Part shown: in pieces, positions 1 through 13,482 of the stretch
How the letters are laid out: each line of letters opens with the position of its first letter
Numbering within the stretch: the stretch's first letter is position 1
Assembly (NCBI GenBank): GCA_951406725.2
Contig: OX597822.1
Span: 111,724,001 to 111,788,000, forward strand
Direction: 5' to 3'
DNA: 64,000 nucleotides
Source of the DNA: Octopus vulgaris
Taxonomy: Eukaryota
The notes under the pieces: generated by a model
What the model was told of the DNA's origin: nothing
The model's input: the letters and a program-made list of their open reading frames with translations, nothing else
Databases searched by the model: none
Program-made: the position numbers and the translations under genes

Positions 1-105
1 ATATATATTTATATGTATATATATATATATTTATATGTATATATATATATACATACATATATATATATTTATATGTATATATATATATACATACATATAT
101 ATATT

Positions 106-162
<57 letters not shown>
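1..162. repeat. (TA)n microsatellite
   Basis: Direct dinucleotide repeat with occasional TATG/TTTA variants. Confidence 0.97.
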
Positions 163-165
<3 letters not shown>

Positions 166-460
166 CAGTAATAATAAAGGGTGAAATTAATTAATTTGGA
201 ATAATTATCAATTACACCAAGTAGATTTCGGCATGTAAAAGCCCCATTCGAGGAAAATTTAAGTAATACTAAGTAATTAAGGGTTTAGCAACGAATTGCC
301 TCACCAACACACCGAATTTAGAAATAGCAGTCAAAGAGATATAGCTATTCCTTCTACTAAAAGGGGGATCTCAGTAAAAACACAGCACTTGAAAGGCAAA
401 CACAGACAGGTAAGAAAAAAAGAATGAAATGACGGCAATCTATCATACAATTTTAAGTTA

Positions 461-552
461 CCTACGGACGTACGTTTCGAAATCAAGTTTTAGGAGAGCA
501 TAAGAATTAGAAAATTCTACTTTACCCAAACTTCTTTTCTCATCGGCGCAGG
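461..552 (-). ncRNA. Type I hammerhead ribozyme, copy 1 (core CCGAUGA, long stem II, palindromic stem III)
   Basis: Minus strand reads CCUGCG-CCGAUGA-G(AAAAGAAGUUUGGG...CCUAAAACUUGAUUU)C-GAAA-CGUACG-UC^CGUAGG. Stem I is CCUGCG/CGUAGG. Predicted cut between 467 and 466. Confidence 0.85.
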
Positions 553-1048
553 ATACTACAATTATGAATAATTGTATATTAAATTTTGAGATACTAGAAG
601 GCATTATCTCAACTCAGTGTCAGAGCGAGCCAAAGCATGACCAGTACCACGAAATTCAAAGTTTGAATGAAAGTTTGTGTCACCAGCCCCCTTCCACCCG
701 CGTGTAGCCAAGACAAAATGCTGCGGTCATTTACTGGGATAAAATATGGTTATCAGTAATAATAAAGGGTGAAATTAATTAATTTGGAATAATTATCAAT
801 TACACCAAGTAGATTTCGGCATGTAAAAGCCCCATTCGAGGAAAATTTAAGTAATACTAAGTAATTAAGGGTTTAGCAACGAATTGCCTCACCAACACAC
901 CGAATTTAGAAATAGCAGTCAAAGAGATATAGCTATTCCTTCTACTAAAAGGGGGATCTCAGTAAAAACACAGCACTTGAAAGGCAAACACAGACAGGTA
1001 AAAAAGAAAGAATGAAATGACGGCAATCTATCATACAATTTTAAGTTA

Positions 1049-1140
1049 CCTACGGACGTACGTTTCGAAATCAAGTTTTAGGAGAGCATAAGAATTAGAA
1101 AATTCTACTTTACCCAAACTTCTTTTCTCATCGGCGCAGG
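1049..1140 (-). ncRNA. Type I hammerhead ribozyme, copy 2
   Basis: Same motif as 461-552, shifted by 588 bp. Confidence 0.85.
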
Positions 1141-1636
1141 ATACTACAATTATGAATAATTGTATATTAAATTTTGAGATACTAGAAGGCATTATCTCAA
1201 CTCAGTGTCAGAGCGAGCCAAAGCATGACCAGTACCACGAAATTCAAAGTTTGAATGAAAGTTTGTGTCACCAGCCCCCTTCCACCCGCGTGTAGCCAAG
1301 ACAAAATGCTGCGGTCATTTACTGGGATAAAATATGGTTATCAGTAATAATAAAGGGTGAAATTAATTAATTTGGAATAATTATCAATTACACCAAGTAG
1401 ATTTCGGCATGTAAAAGCCCCATTCGAGGAAAATTTAAGTAATACTAAGTAATTAAGGGTTTAGCAACGAATTGCCTCACCAACACACCGAATTTAGAAA
1501 TAGCAGTCAAAGAGATATAGCTATTCCTTCTACTAAAAGGGGGATCTCAGTAAAAACACAGCACTTGAAAGGCAAACACAGACAGGTAAGAAAGAAAGAA
1601 TGAAATGAGGGCAATCTATCATACAATTTTAAGTTA

Positions 1637-1728
1637 CCTACGGACGTACGTTTCGGAATCAAGTTTTAGGAGAGCATAAGAATTAGAAAATTCTACTTTA
1701 CCCAAACTTCTTTTCTCATCGGCGCAGG
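1637..1728 (-). ncRNA. Type I hammerhead ribozyme, copy 3
   Basis: Same motif as 461-552, shifted by 1176 bp, with one substitution in stem II. Confidence 0.83.
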
Positions 1729-1813
1729 ATACTACAATTATGAATAATTGTATATTAAATTTTGAGATACTAGAAGGCATTATCTCAACTCAGTGTCAGA
1801 GCGAGCCAAAGCA

Positions 1814-2856
<1,043 letters not shown>

Positions 2857-3995
2857 AAATAGGATGTATGTTGTACCCGCAAAAGTGACCGATGCTCTTG
2901 AATGCCCAAGAAATATCTGCGATATTCTCAGTTCTTTTAGGGAAAGCTAAGTGAAGATTAGTCACTAGGGAATATTATCGGCAGTCGTAGAGACTGAAAT
3001 TATACAGGAATTAGACGTTATGTAAATTAGTAATTTGGCTTAACAGTGTCTTGCGGAGCAGGGCATATATTTGTCAAGGAAACCTTGGTAATTATAGATA
3101 TAAAGGCTCATCCCCACCACATATACACACACATACATGTATATGCATATACGACTTCCATCTTATGAACCTCGTTGTCAAATATGTGATACTATTTCGT
3201 AAATGTAGGGGTGCACTTAGAGTAATATTTTTGTTTTTATGTTTTATAAGTACCAGACTGTCATTTCCTGAAAGGAAAGACATGTGACTGCTAATATTGT
3301 TTGTCAACCTATTTGTCCTCATCAACCGGGCATGTAATAAAATTTGTCCCACTCGTGACTTTCGTGTTGTTGTTTTTATCAGTATTAACCTATTCTGTAT
3401 CTCCTTCCGGTCTGAAGTATATAGTGTATTATTTGTGTGAGAACTATTTCTAGCACTTCAGGTCACCCCTCTATAGACACGCATATGTAGACACATATAA
3501 TCTGTGACTGTGTGCGTGTGTATGTCCACATTAACGTCTGCGGAATAAATTTTGATCTTACGATAATGCTTTGCGTATTCGGGTATGCATCAGTTAGTTC
3601 GGGTCATACCCTTTTTGTTCTTCGAGATAATTAAGCTACGGAAGATTAATAAAGCGTTTAATTTTTGTTTGATTCATTTATGTATAAACTAAATTCTCTA
3701 GTAGAGCAAATAATTAGGCAGTGATAACATACCAAGTTCTTAAAGAGTTTAAACGTAGCTTTGGTATTTATTGTGACATTTTCAATAAATTTGTTATTTC
3801 ATACTTGGAAATATGCTGCGAGAGAAAATTTCAGAGTGATAACTAATACAGAAATTATAGGAATGTGCCAGGAGATAAATAGCTTAAGAATATTCAGCAT
3901 ATTCAGTTAAGATATATATATATTGGCATATAGGTATACAGATACACCTCCCGTACAACATTGAAATCTATTCTGTTTTCTGATTGATCTAGTGA

Positions 3996-4244
3996 TTATG
4001 AATCCCTAACTCTTCTCATGTTGGCTACATTGGAAGCTCTCCTAGATTCAGCTTGTTCAGGTGTTTCCGATGCCCTTTCTCTCCACTTGGTAAGAGTATT
4101 TGATGCTCTCCTGGATGCAGCTTGTTCAGGAGTTTGAGAGTTCCTAAGTATTTGCATATTTTCAGCATTGGAAGCCCTCCTGGCTGCCGTTTTATCTGGT
4201 TCTTCATTTGCACTGTATTTTCTTTTCCTCGCTGCAGCCTTCAT
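3996..4244 (-). pseudogene. Helitron RepHel N-terminal (STPR-like) repeat fragment
   Basis: 82-aa ORF with ~23-aa repeats (EEPDKTAARRASN / QTPEQAASRRASN / ETPEQAESRRASN) resembling the repeats that precede Helitron Rep domains. No Rep or helicase sequence follows. Confidence 0.55.
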
Positions 4245-5560
4245 TCTTTTGATTGCAATCTGGTCCTCTGATGACGATAGGCAAAATTAAACTACAGAAG
4301 AACTGAAAATTGGTCGCTGCATTGAAGTATTACACTAATAATTAAGCCTACCTTTTAAAAGTTCAACGATAATTCTTCCGCCGCCACTTGATTTAAAGAC
4401 AATTTGATGTACGTAGGTTCTTGCTTTTCGTACAAATAATTATTTCTATTTCATGGGTGACTTTCGTTGGATTTCACGATTTATTTCGATTATTCTCAAA
4501 TTGATTTCCCTGTTATAAAAATTGCTATATTAATACGCTAATACTTAAGTAGATACGTATGTACCTGTGGTGCGTGTCACACTTAGTTGAGAGGAAGAGG
4601 TAAAAAGAGAGAACTGAAACTTGTTAAGCAGAAGCATAGTTGAAGTAAGAGTCAAAGCGGCAAAGAATAGAGAGGAAGAGGGAGTGAGAGAGTGAAAGAG
4701 AGAGAAAGAGAGAGGACATTGATAGCACTGAGAGGTAATAGAAATATACTGCGTTAAACACAGGAGAAAGGTTAGAAGCATGGAGACATAAAGGAGGGAG
4801 AGGGGAGGGAGGGGGAGAGAGAAAGAGATTTAGAGAGATAGAGTGAGTGAACGAAAGGAGCGGGTAGAGAATGATAGCAGAAGAGAATGAAGCTACTCTC
4901 GGAGAGAAAACGCTGGAAAGCATTGCGTCTTGGACGATATATGAGAAAGCCATTGTGACAGTTATTCTATGATGTTTGAAAGGTTATCTGTATAAAATTT
5001 CATTAAAAAATATCAATTTTCCTGAAAGTTATGAGTTGGAAAATGTCAGGTTCTGTGAATGAATTTTCCGAGACTCCTCACCCTAGCCCCTTGGAAAAAA
5101 AAATTTTCCAACAAATCTTAACATACGCTCAGGCAACAAGATCTAAACGATTATTTATGGAATTTCAAAGGCAACAAAGTAGGCGGGGTATGCATCTGTA
5201 GTTTTGCCCATAATTATTCTATAATCATTATATGAAATCACTGTTTACAGATGTTTAGAGCTTTTATATTTTCCGTGAAGTTTTTACAGATCCAGCTAGT
5301 AAAAATCGTTATCGTTCAAATAAATTGTTATCGTAAAAATTGTTATCGTACGAAACAATTTGTTGCAAAAAATCACGTAAAAAATCAGCGAAAACAATCG
5401 CAGTAATGAAAATTTGGGAATCCAAAATTTCAGGATTTCGAGGAGGCCGGATTCGGCTCAGAATGTTTTTATTTTACTCACGAATTCGGCCTGTTTCTAA
5501 AATGGTATAATATGTTGGGCCACGTCCTCTCGGAATGACATTCGCATTTATTATAATGGA
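3996..5560 (-). mobile_element. Helitron 5' portion (3' end not found)
   Basis: Minus strand begins A|TCCATTATAATAAATGCGAATG at 5560, a typical TC-initiated Helitron 5' end. It leads to an ORF with ETPEQ..RR repeats. Confidence 0.55.
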
Positions 5561-5658
5561 TATCATAATAATACCTGCGAAAAGTGACCGAAGTGTTTGA
5601 GTGTCCAAGAAATATCTACGGTATTCTCAGTTGTTTCTGGGAAAGCTAAATAATGATT

Positions 5659-6728
5659 ACGTAAAGTATACTAGCCATCTCAATATGGCTAACCACTAAG
5701 GGTGGGTGTTACTGTAGCTTGTAGCCCCAGGAGATCATCGTCTCCAGCTGGCTTTAGGCACACTTTCTGTGCCCTTATGGTATTTGCAAAGGGAGGTCAT
5801 CCTTCTCTCGTCAACCTAAGTGATATGCACGGACTGCAGTTTCTAGGTATTTGCCTGTCTTCGGCGTACGGCAATCACCTGTTTTCGATGAAGGGAGACC
5901 GTTTGCAAATCCTTATTTATTGTTTTTCCTGTAACTTTCGTCACTGATTTCGAAAAACTGTCTGCAAGCAATAATAAATCTCTGAACGAGGTATAGACAG
6001 TAACTGCACGACAACGTAAAGTATACTAGTCATCTCAATATGGCTAACCACTAAGGGTGGGTGTTACTGCCTAAAACCAGCTGGAGACGATGATCTCCTG
6101 GGGCTACAAGCTACAGTAACACCCACCCTTAGTGGTTAGCCATATTGAGATGGCTAGTATACAGTTGATTACATTGATGCCAGTGTTCAACAGGTACTGA
6201 CCTTATTAAACTCGAACTGATGAAAGGCAAAGTCGACCCCGGCGGAATTTGAAATCAGAACGTGAAGACGGACAAAATGTCACTAAGCATTTTGCCCTGC
6301 ATACGAAATACTCTGCCAGGCCACCGCCTTAATACTACTCGCAACATTGATCACCAACACTCAATGTATGACAAACAGAAACTTGACACACTGTGCTTTA
6401 ATCTATTTTTAGTGTTTGGTGTTATTTCAGACTTGCAATTATGTTGTGAGATGAAGTTTCGGAGTGATACCTAATACTGAAAGTACATAATTTAGACGAT
6501 GTCTAATTTCTATTATATTTGAATCTCTATAAATCCCAGCAATATTCCTCATTGATTTCGTTTTTAAAAACGAATCATTATTTAAGCAATAATAAATCTC
6601 TTGTAGCCCCAGGAGATCATCGTCTCCAGCTGGTTTTAGGCAGTAACACCCACCCTTAGTGGTTAGCCATATTGTGATGGCTAGTATACTTTACGTTGTC
6701 GTGCAGTTACTGTTTACATCTAGTTCAA
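5659..6728 (-). mobile_element. Hammerhead-bearing Penelope-like fragment with multiply duplicated and inverted terminus
   Basis: Terminal module GTAAAGTATACTAGCCATCTCAATATGGCTAACC... occurs at 5659 and 6014 (+) and inverted at ~6068-6162 and ~6640-6697. 6601-6728 is the reverse complement of ~5983-6110. Confidence 0.65.
5827..5869 (-). ncRNA. Minimal type I hammerhead ribozyme (core CCGAAGA)
   Basis: Minus strand reads GUACG-CCGAAGA-CAGG(CAAAUA)CCUA-GAAA-CUGCAG-UC^CGUGC. Stem III is the palindrome ACUGCAGU; stem I can extend via GUGAU/AUCAC. Confidence 0.75.
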
Positions 6729-7397
6729 TTTTGTGCAACGAAGCGTATCTATTTCTTTTGCGCTTTTTATCCTCTGCTGCTTACGTGCATTCCCCTTCTG
6801 TCAGATAAATTGTGTGGCAGGCTCTCTCTTCTCTTTCATCACTTCTAACTCTCTCCTATGCTGGATGGGTATATAACACTCACTTTTTAGATTCTAAAAT
6901 AAGGGAGGAATTGATCTGAGAATGGTGTGTGTGTGTGTATGTGTGTGTGTGTGTGTGTGTGCGTGTATGTGTTTATATATTCGTCCTTTTATTCATTCAG
7001 TTTTCAATATGTTTTATCCCATATGTCATTTTTTAGACTTTGCATTTTGCTTTGTCTCATGGGTTTCGATTCTATGTTGCTAAAGAACATTAAAATGCAG
7101 TAGTGGTGCGCTGTTGTCAATATAGGATGTAGTGGTATCCATCATAGAAAGCATGAAGACACTGATTTAGCTAAAATATGTTGTTATTATAAGGTATTTT
7201 CATTCTTTCATTGTTGTCTCTCTTCACTGTCTCCGTTCCAGTAAATTCAATTTTAGTTCTACAGCTACATGTAGTATTTTTTATCTTTCACCGGAGAATT
7301 ATGAATGTTTTACTAAGGAATTATTTGTGTTGGATGATCATTCAGTATTAAGTTAGTGCAGAGTGGGGCTTGTGAGATTTAATAATACAAGTTAGAC

Positions 7398-7560
7398 ATG
7401 CACGCACGCACACACACAAACACACACGCACGCACACACACACACACACACACGCACACACACAAACACACACACACGCACACACACACACACGCACACG
7501 CACGCACACACACACACGCACACACGCACACACACACACGCACACACACAAACACACACA
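7398..7560. repeat. (CA)n/(CACG)n microsatellite
   Basis: Direct repeat. Confidence 0.95.
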
Positions 7561-8252
7561 TGGAGTATACTTTACAACACGCCTCTCGAAAAACAAAAAT
7601 ATTTTCGTCGTAAGTTAATCATATCCATATCCAATATCTCAATCAAATATTTAATCATAGAACGTTCAGCTAATTTTTTTTCAGCTTACGGTTTTCCATT
7701 TGAAGAATCTGAGAAAATCAATAGGTATGATTATGTATCTTCAAACGTTGAAAACACAAATATCAATATTAATTCAAACATACATAATATTTCATCAACA
7801 TAAACCAATATTTTTAAGCAGGAAAATATTTTTTATCAACTACTTATTACATATATTATTTGAATCATGTGAATCGCTCCACCTCAACGACACATGCATA
7901 TTCACAAACACACACACTTTTAAAACAAGTTAGCTAACTCTCTTGAACATTTTTCATGCAATATCCTCCAAATCACAATCCTTGTGATTCAAACTGTATT
8001 ACACTCAATTTCCTAATTTACTCCCTCACTCTCTTTCAATTGATATCTCCCCACTCATATTCTACTATTATATTTTGATATTCCGACATTCTGCCATTTG
8101 CAAGTAGGCGACTGTGTGTCACTTTTGAATGAAGTTTAAACTCTTTGACGCTGCTTATCAATTCCAAAATCAGTCGTTCTACTACGTTCACTTCCAGCGG
8201 CTCTTACGCGATAGAGTAAAGAATTAAAAAACACTTTCTCCGTTATATTAAA

Positions 8253-8646
8253 CTAGCAGTATCGCCCGGCGTTGCTCGGGTTTGTAAGGGAAATAACTAT
8301 ATAAGCATTTTTAGAGATGTAAAGTATAATAGCCATCTCAATATGGCTAACCACAAACGGGGGGGTTACTGTAGCTTTTTACGTTCTGAGATTTAATAAT
8401 AAATTTTTAGAGAGTTACTTCCCTTATATATGCCAAAAATGCATTAAAAATGGGAAAAATTGATGGTAATTTTTTTTAAAGTCGTAGACTCATCGTAGAC
8501 GCGCGCTAATACCCAGAAGGGCTCGATATGAATCACGACTATAAGATACCCGGTTTTGGTTAAACTGCACCGCAAAATGTGGGAGTAGTCAGGAATCTAA
8601 ATCGTAGGAGACAGACAGCACACAACCTCACTTTTATATATAAAGA
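8253..8646 (-). mobile_element. Complete non-autonomous Helitron (~394 bp)
   Basis: Minus strand: 5' TCTTTATATATAAAAG, subterminal hairpin CCCGAGCAACGCCGGG, 3' CTAG, inserted between host A and T, no TSD. Confidence 0.85.
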
Positions 8647-8665
8647 TAACTATTTCACTACCACA

Positions 8666-8705
<40 letters not shown>

Positions 8706-8789
8706 CTCTCGCTCTTTATGGATCTCAAGAAAGGGGTCTCAGAAGGTAGCTGTTATGTTAACCTACATTTCCATTACCTTGACTTCTCG

Positions 8790-9420
8790 CTCTCAGAAAA
8801 ACGTACGTTTTAACTGTTTTGATATTTTGAATACGAAGTTTTGTGGCATTGCTCCATTCCGACATGATCTCAAGCAGATATTTACAGACTCATACTATGA
8901 AATTGGTATGCGACAGTGTTTGTCTATATTTTCAAGACCCTCCGTATCGTCATGTACGATGCCGTGCCCTCCAACAAAACTCACTGCTGTTCAAGTTATA
9001 TTGCCTGTCAATCCTCATGAATTTCTCCCAACCAATTGTCATCCTCTTCTAAACTAGAAACCTCAGACCCAAATATCCTACTTCTGTGCCTATTTCGCAA
9101 TAGAATTATGTCAGTGTTAACTCCTTTTGTAGTACAGAGTCGCTCACTACACGCATCGGCAGAAATATGTATGAATAAAGTGGGGAAAAAAGAATACCCT
9201 CATTAATAAATAACATGCCATCAGAGACTTCATGGTTCTCACTGCCAGTGAGGTTCTCTCGCGCCCAAATTAGATCTTCGAATTTTCATCCCACACAACT
9301 TCCAAAGAAATCAAATCTACTGATTGATATGAAGTCACAATCAAGTGTTACCCATGGGTGTACTGTGTCCTATCGCTATCAATCCTTCTGCTACTATCTC
9401 AACTTGTCTGAGATGATTGG
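8790..9420 (-). pseudogene. Highly decayed LINE apurinic-endonuclease relic (RTE-like)
   Basis: Minus-strand fragments resemble endonuclease motifs (W..ARENLTG; FVGGHG) with many frameshifts. Confidence 0.3.
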
Positions 9421-9827
9421 CATCGTGTCACATTTACTTAGTCACACTCGACTCACTTTTCATTATCATGCCACACACAGTCTGTTAAACTCTTCTCTTT
9501 GTGCATCATATACTTTTCCTGACAGATCTACATTGATCCACGCCAAATAGTTTATGCTAATATCTGCAAATTTTCAAGAGAGAGGTTAACTGCATTGGTC
9601 TAATTCATTTCGAAGTTGCTAGTTTAAATGAAACGATACAAAGACCTTCATATATTGATAACAATAACCGGTATGAATGACAACGGATCAATTCATGTTT
9701 TCAGTATGAGTAAGGGAGAAGTTGCCTATTGACAGTAATTCCCCAATCTATAGGCAACACTCAACCAATTGACGTCAGTATGCCTTATCAGTACTCGGTT
9801 TATTACGTTTTAGAGAGTGGGACACTC

Positions 9828-11112
9828 AAAAATTTTTCAAAAAATTTCACCGATAATTTCCCCCAAAAATTTTTCGAAAATTTTACCCAAAAATTTTTCG
9901 AAAATTTTCACTGAAAATTTTCCCAAAAATTTTTCGAAAATTTTCCCCAAAACTTTTTCTAAAATTTTCACCGAAAATTTTTCCCAAAACTTTTTGAAAA
10001 TTTTCACAAAAAACTTTTAGAAAATTTTCACAGAATTTATCGAAAATTTTACCCAGAAATTTTTCGAAAATTTTCACCGAAAATTTTACCCAAAGATTTT
10101 TCAAAAATTTTTCGAAAATTTTCACAGAAAATATTACCCAAAAATTTTTCGGAAATTTTCACAGAAAATTTTCCCCAAAAATTTTTCGAAAATTTTCACA
10201 GAAATTTTCCCCAAAAATTTTTAGAAAATTTTCTGTGAAAATTTTCCCCAAAAATTTTTAGAAAATTTTCACCGAAAATTTTTCCCAAAAATTTTTGAAA
10301 ATTTTCCGAAAAATTTTTTGTGAAAATTTTCAAAAATTTTTGGGAAAATTTTCACAGAAAATTTTCCCTAAAAATTTTTCGAAAATTTTCACCGAAAATT
10401 TTTTCCTAAAATTTTTGAAATTTTCACAAAAAATTTTACCCAAAAAGTTTTCGAAAATTTTACCCAAAAATTTTTAGAAAATTTTACTCAAAAATTTTTC
10501 GAAAATTTTAACCGAAAATTTTCACGGAAAATATTACCCAAAAATTTTTCGAAAATTTTCACAGAAATTTTCCCCAAAAATCTTTCGAAAATTTTCACCG
10601 AAAATTTTTCCCAAAAATTTTTGAAAATTTTTCAAAAAATTTTTTGTGAAAAGTTTCAAAAATTTTTCGAAAATTTTCACAGAAAATTTTCCCTAAAAAT
10701 TTTTCGAAAATTTTCACCGAAAATTTTTCCCAAAAATTTTTGAAATTTTCACAAAAAATTTTACCCAAAATGTTTTCGAAAATTTTACCCAAAAATTTTT
10801 AGAAAATTTTCACAGAATTTATCGAAAATTTTACCCAGAAATTTTTCGAAAATTTTCACGGAAAATTTTACTCAAAAATTTTTCGAAAATTTTGACCGAA
10901 AATTTTCACAAAATATTACCCAAAAATTTTTGGAAAATTTTCCCCAAAAAGTTTTCGAAAATTTTACCCAAAAATATTTCGAAAATTTTCACAGAAAATT
11001 TTTCCCAAAAATTTTTGAAAATTTTCACATAAATTTTACCCAAAAAGTTTTCGAAAATTTTACCCAAAAATTTTTCGAAAATTTTCGAAAATTTTACCAA
11101 AAATTTTTCCCC
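9828..11112. repeat. Self-complementary (GAAAATTTTC)-type minisatellite array
   Basis: About 1.3 kb of AAAATTTT(T) cores separated by 2-5 nt spacers (CACC, ACCC, CG). Confidence 0.92.
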
Positions 11113-11194
11113 AATATGTGAGCGTGTTTTGTTTTTTTGTTTTTGTTTTTCCAGTTTCAGCTCTTGAGCTGTGGCCATGCTGGGGCACCGCCAT

Positions 11195-11356
11195 TGTGGT
11201 GAAAGAGTACAGCAGGGATCACCACCCCCTGCCGGAGCCTCGTAGAGCTTTTAGGTGTTTTCGCTCAATAAACACACACAACGCCCGGTCTGAGAATCGA
11301 AACCGCGATCCTGCGACCGCGAGTCCGCTGCCCTAACCACTAGGCCATTGCGCCTC
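11195..11356 (-). mobile_element. tRNA-derived SINE family B, 5' part
   Basis: Minus strand GAGGCGCAATGGCCTAGTGGTTAGG...GGTTTCGATTC (Pol III A/B boxes); homologous to 43781-44142. Confidence 0.85.
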
Positions 11357-12222
11357 TACATGTGTAGATTTTCTATATGTATATGTATGTGAATGTATAT
11401 ATATGCGTGTGTGTGTATGTGCCCGCGCGCGCATATATGCGTGTATGTGTCCGAGTGTTGAATCATATGTGTTGAATCATAAGGAGAATCATATGTGTTG
11501 AATCATAAGGAGAATCATATGTGTAACCAACCATGAAGAACAAATCAACAGTATAAAGAAATAAAATATCAATCTCTTTATAACGGCAACCACTTTAAGG
11601 GTACGAGAATCACCATCCCACTACATTTACGTATTCAAAGCACTTTGAATACGTAAATAGGCTTTGTGACTACTACTAAATTAAGGTCCCGACAGAGAAA
11701 TATAATATTCTTGAAGCCGAGCATTTTAAATTTACAGAGACAATATTTACATATCACCTGAGGAAACACAACTAGACCTCATAATGCAGGGAAATAGTTT
11801 CTTAATCAAGTACCTGCACATCTGGAGAACTACGTTGCGTGCAAACAATTGTAGTGATTAAAAAATAAATGTCCAACCATACCTTTCTTGTTGACTCCAA
11901 TTTTTTCAATTATGTATTCACACACGAGAGATGCCCAAATGCAAACCTGGAAATACATATAATACTACTACTGGAAAGCACAGTTTAAATGTGAAAGTGG
12001 ACGAGCGAGCTTTATACTGTATTCTACTATGTTCTTAACAGAAAATACTATAATTATATATATACATATATAAGACGGGCTTCTTACGGTTTTCCTCAAC
12101 CAGATATACTCACAAGTCTTTGGTCGGCCCGAGTCTATAGCAGAAGACACTTGCCCAAGGTGTCACGCAATAGCACTGAACCCAGAACCTTGTGGTTGGG
12201 AATACATATATATTTATATATA

Positions 12223-12664
12223 TCTGTATATATATACGGCAAGATGTGTGTGTGCGTGCGTGATTGTAGTTTATGCACATCCACAAATTAGCACGCATGT
12301 CGCTCAAATTTTAGGAGGACATTCGTCAACATCCTATCTGGGTTTTGTCAACTTATTTTTTTCCCGAGGCACCCGCGGATAGCGGTAAAAATCTATTTTC
12401 AGCCATAACATTTAGCGGTAAAAATCTATTTTCAGCCATATCTTTTTGACGGCGTCTAACAAAAAAAACACAAGATAAAGAAAAGTGGAAGAAGAGAGGC
12501 AGAGAGTTTCACGGGAAAGACAAAGTGAGAGAGGGAGAGAGAGTAAGTGACGACGTTCATAAAAATCTATTTTCAGCCATAGCTTTCTGACGGCGTCTAA
12601 CAAAAAAAAAGATAAAGAAAAGTGGAAGAGAAGCAGAGAGTTTCACGGGAAAGACAAAGTGAGA

Positions 12665-12695
<31 letters not shown>

Positions 12696-13482
12696 TAAGT
12701 GACGACGTTCATAAAATATAAAATGTAAAATGTTTTGTCTTTTCTTAAACACGAGATATAGTTTTCAAATTCAGGATGTTTTTGAAAGACACTATATTTT
12801 ATAATCATAGTATATATACTTTCTCACACAACAATTACAATATATTTATTTTAAATCATTTATTTATTTTAAATCGTTCCTCTTTCTCCCCCCTCTCTCT
12901 CACTCACATTACTTTGGGTGCGAAAGAGTTTTGTTTTTATTTTACGCCGAGTAAAAAAGTGTTTTGTTGACAATCCATATATTTAACAACAAAGAAACAA
13001 AGAGGTGAGTAGCAAGTTGTTATTGAATTGCACAATATAAATGGGTACAATTTCCGGGGCTTCCACCACACCCACTCCGATTCACGGACCACAAAAAGGG
13101 TTTTGTAGCATATTAGTTGTTGATTCCACGCAACAACAAAAAACGATTATTTTTCTTAGTGAAAATCGTGAGTGTGTTAATCTACAAATTTAACAACATT
13201 TTTCCATTCATTTCTGTTTATGAACATGTATGCATGCACAAAACATGCACTAGGTGTACGTACATACGTATGTGTATATGTGTTCGTGTCTGTTGCCCAT
13301 ATATATTTATATTATATTATAATATATTATATATATATATATGATATATATATAATATAACCAATTTCAACGGATTTTGCCCAAATTTGACGTCGATATT
13401 ACTTAGTTTGGTTTGAAATAAAGAACTTGATTAGCTTAATAATCGTAACTTAATCCCGGGCAAGGACGGATTATACTGCTAG
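12223..13482 (+). mobile_element. Non-autonomous Helitron with internal ~128-bp tandem duplication
   Basis: 5' A|TCTGTATATATATACGGCAAG, 3' degenerate hairpin CCCGGGCAAGGACGG followed by CTAG|T; internal repeat at ~12380-12710. Confidence 0.7.

Larger units (their letters stand above)
163..1813 (-). mobile_element. 588-bp tandem repeat (2.8 copies) with one hammerhead per unit; retrozyme or Penelope-like terminal-repeat array
   Basis: TATCAGTAATAATAAAGGG recurs at 163, 751 and 1339 (period 588). The third copy stops at 1813. Copies differ at only a few positions, no ORF is listed within the unit, and (TA)n flanks both sides. Confidence 0.85.

Noticed and set aside
316-332. TTTAGAAATAGCAG resembles the Cas9 sgRNA scaffold (TAGAAATAGCAAG)
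   Set aside because: Only a short AT-rich match; the rest of the scaffold is absent.
4262-4320. CTGATGA...GAAA spaced motif
   Set aside because: No convincing stem I or stem II pairing.
9817-11178. KIF/ENF-rich ORFs in the A4T4 array
   Set aside because: Products of the low-complexity repeat on both strands.
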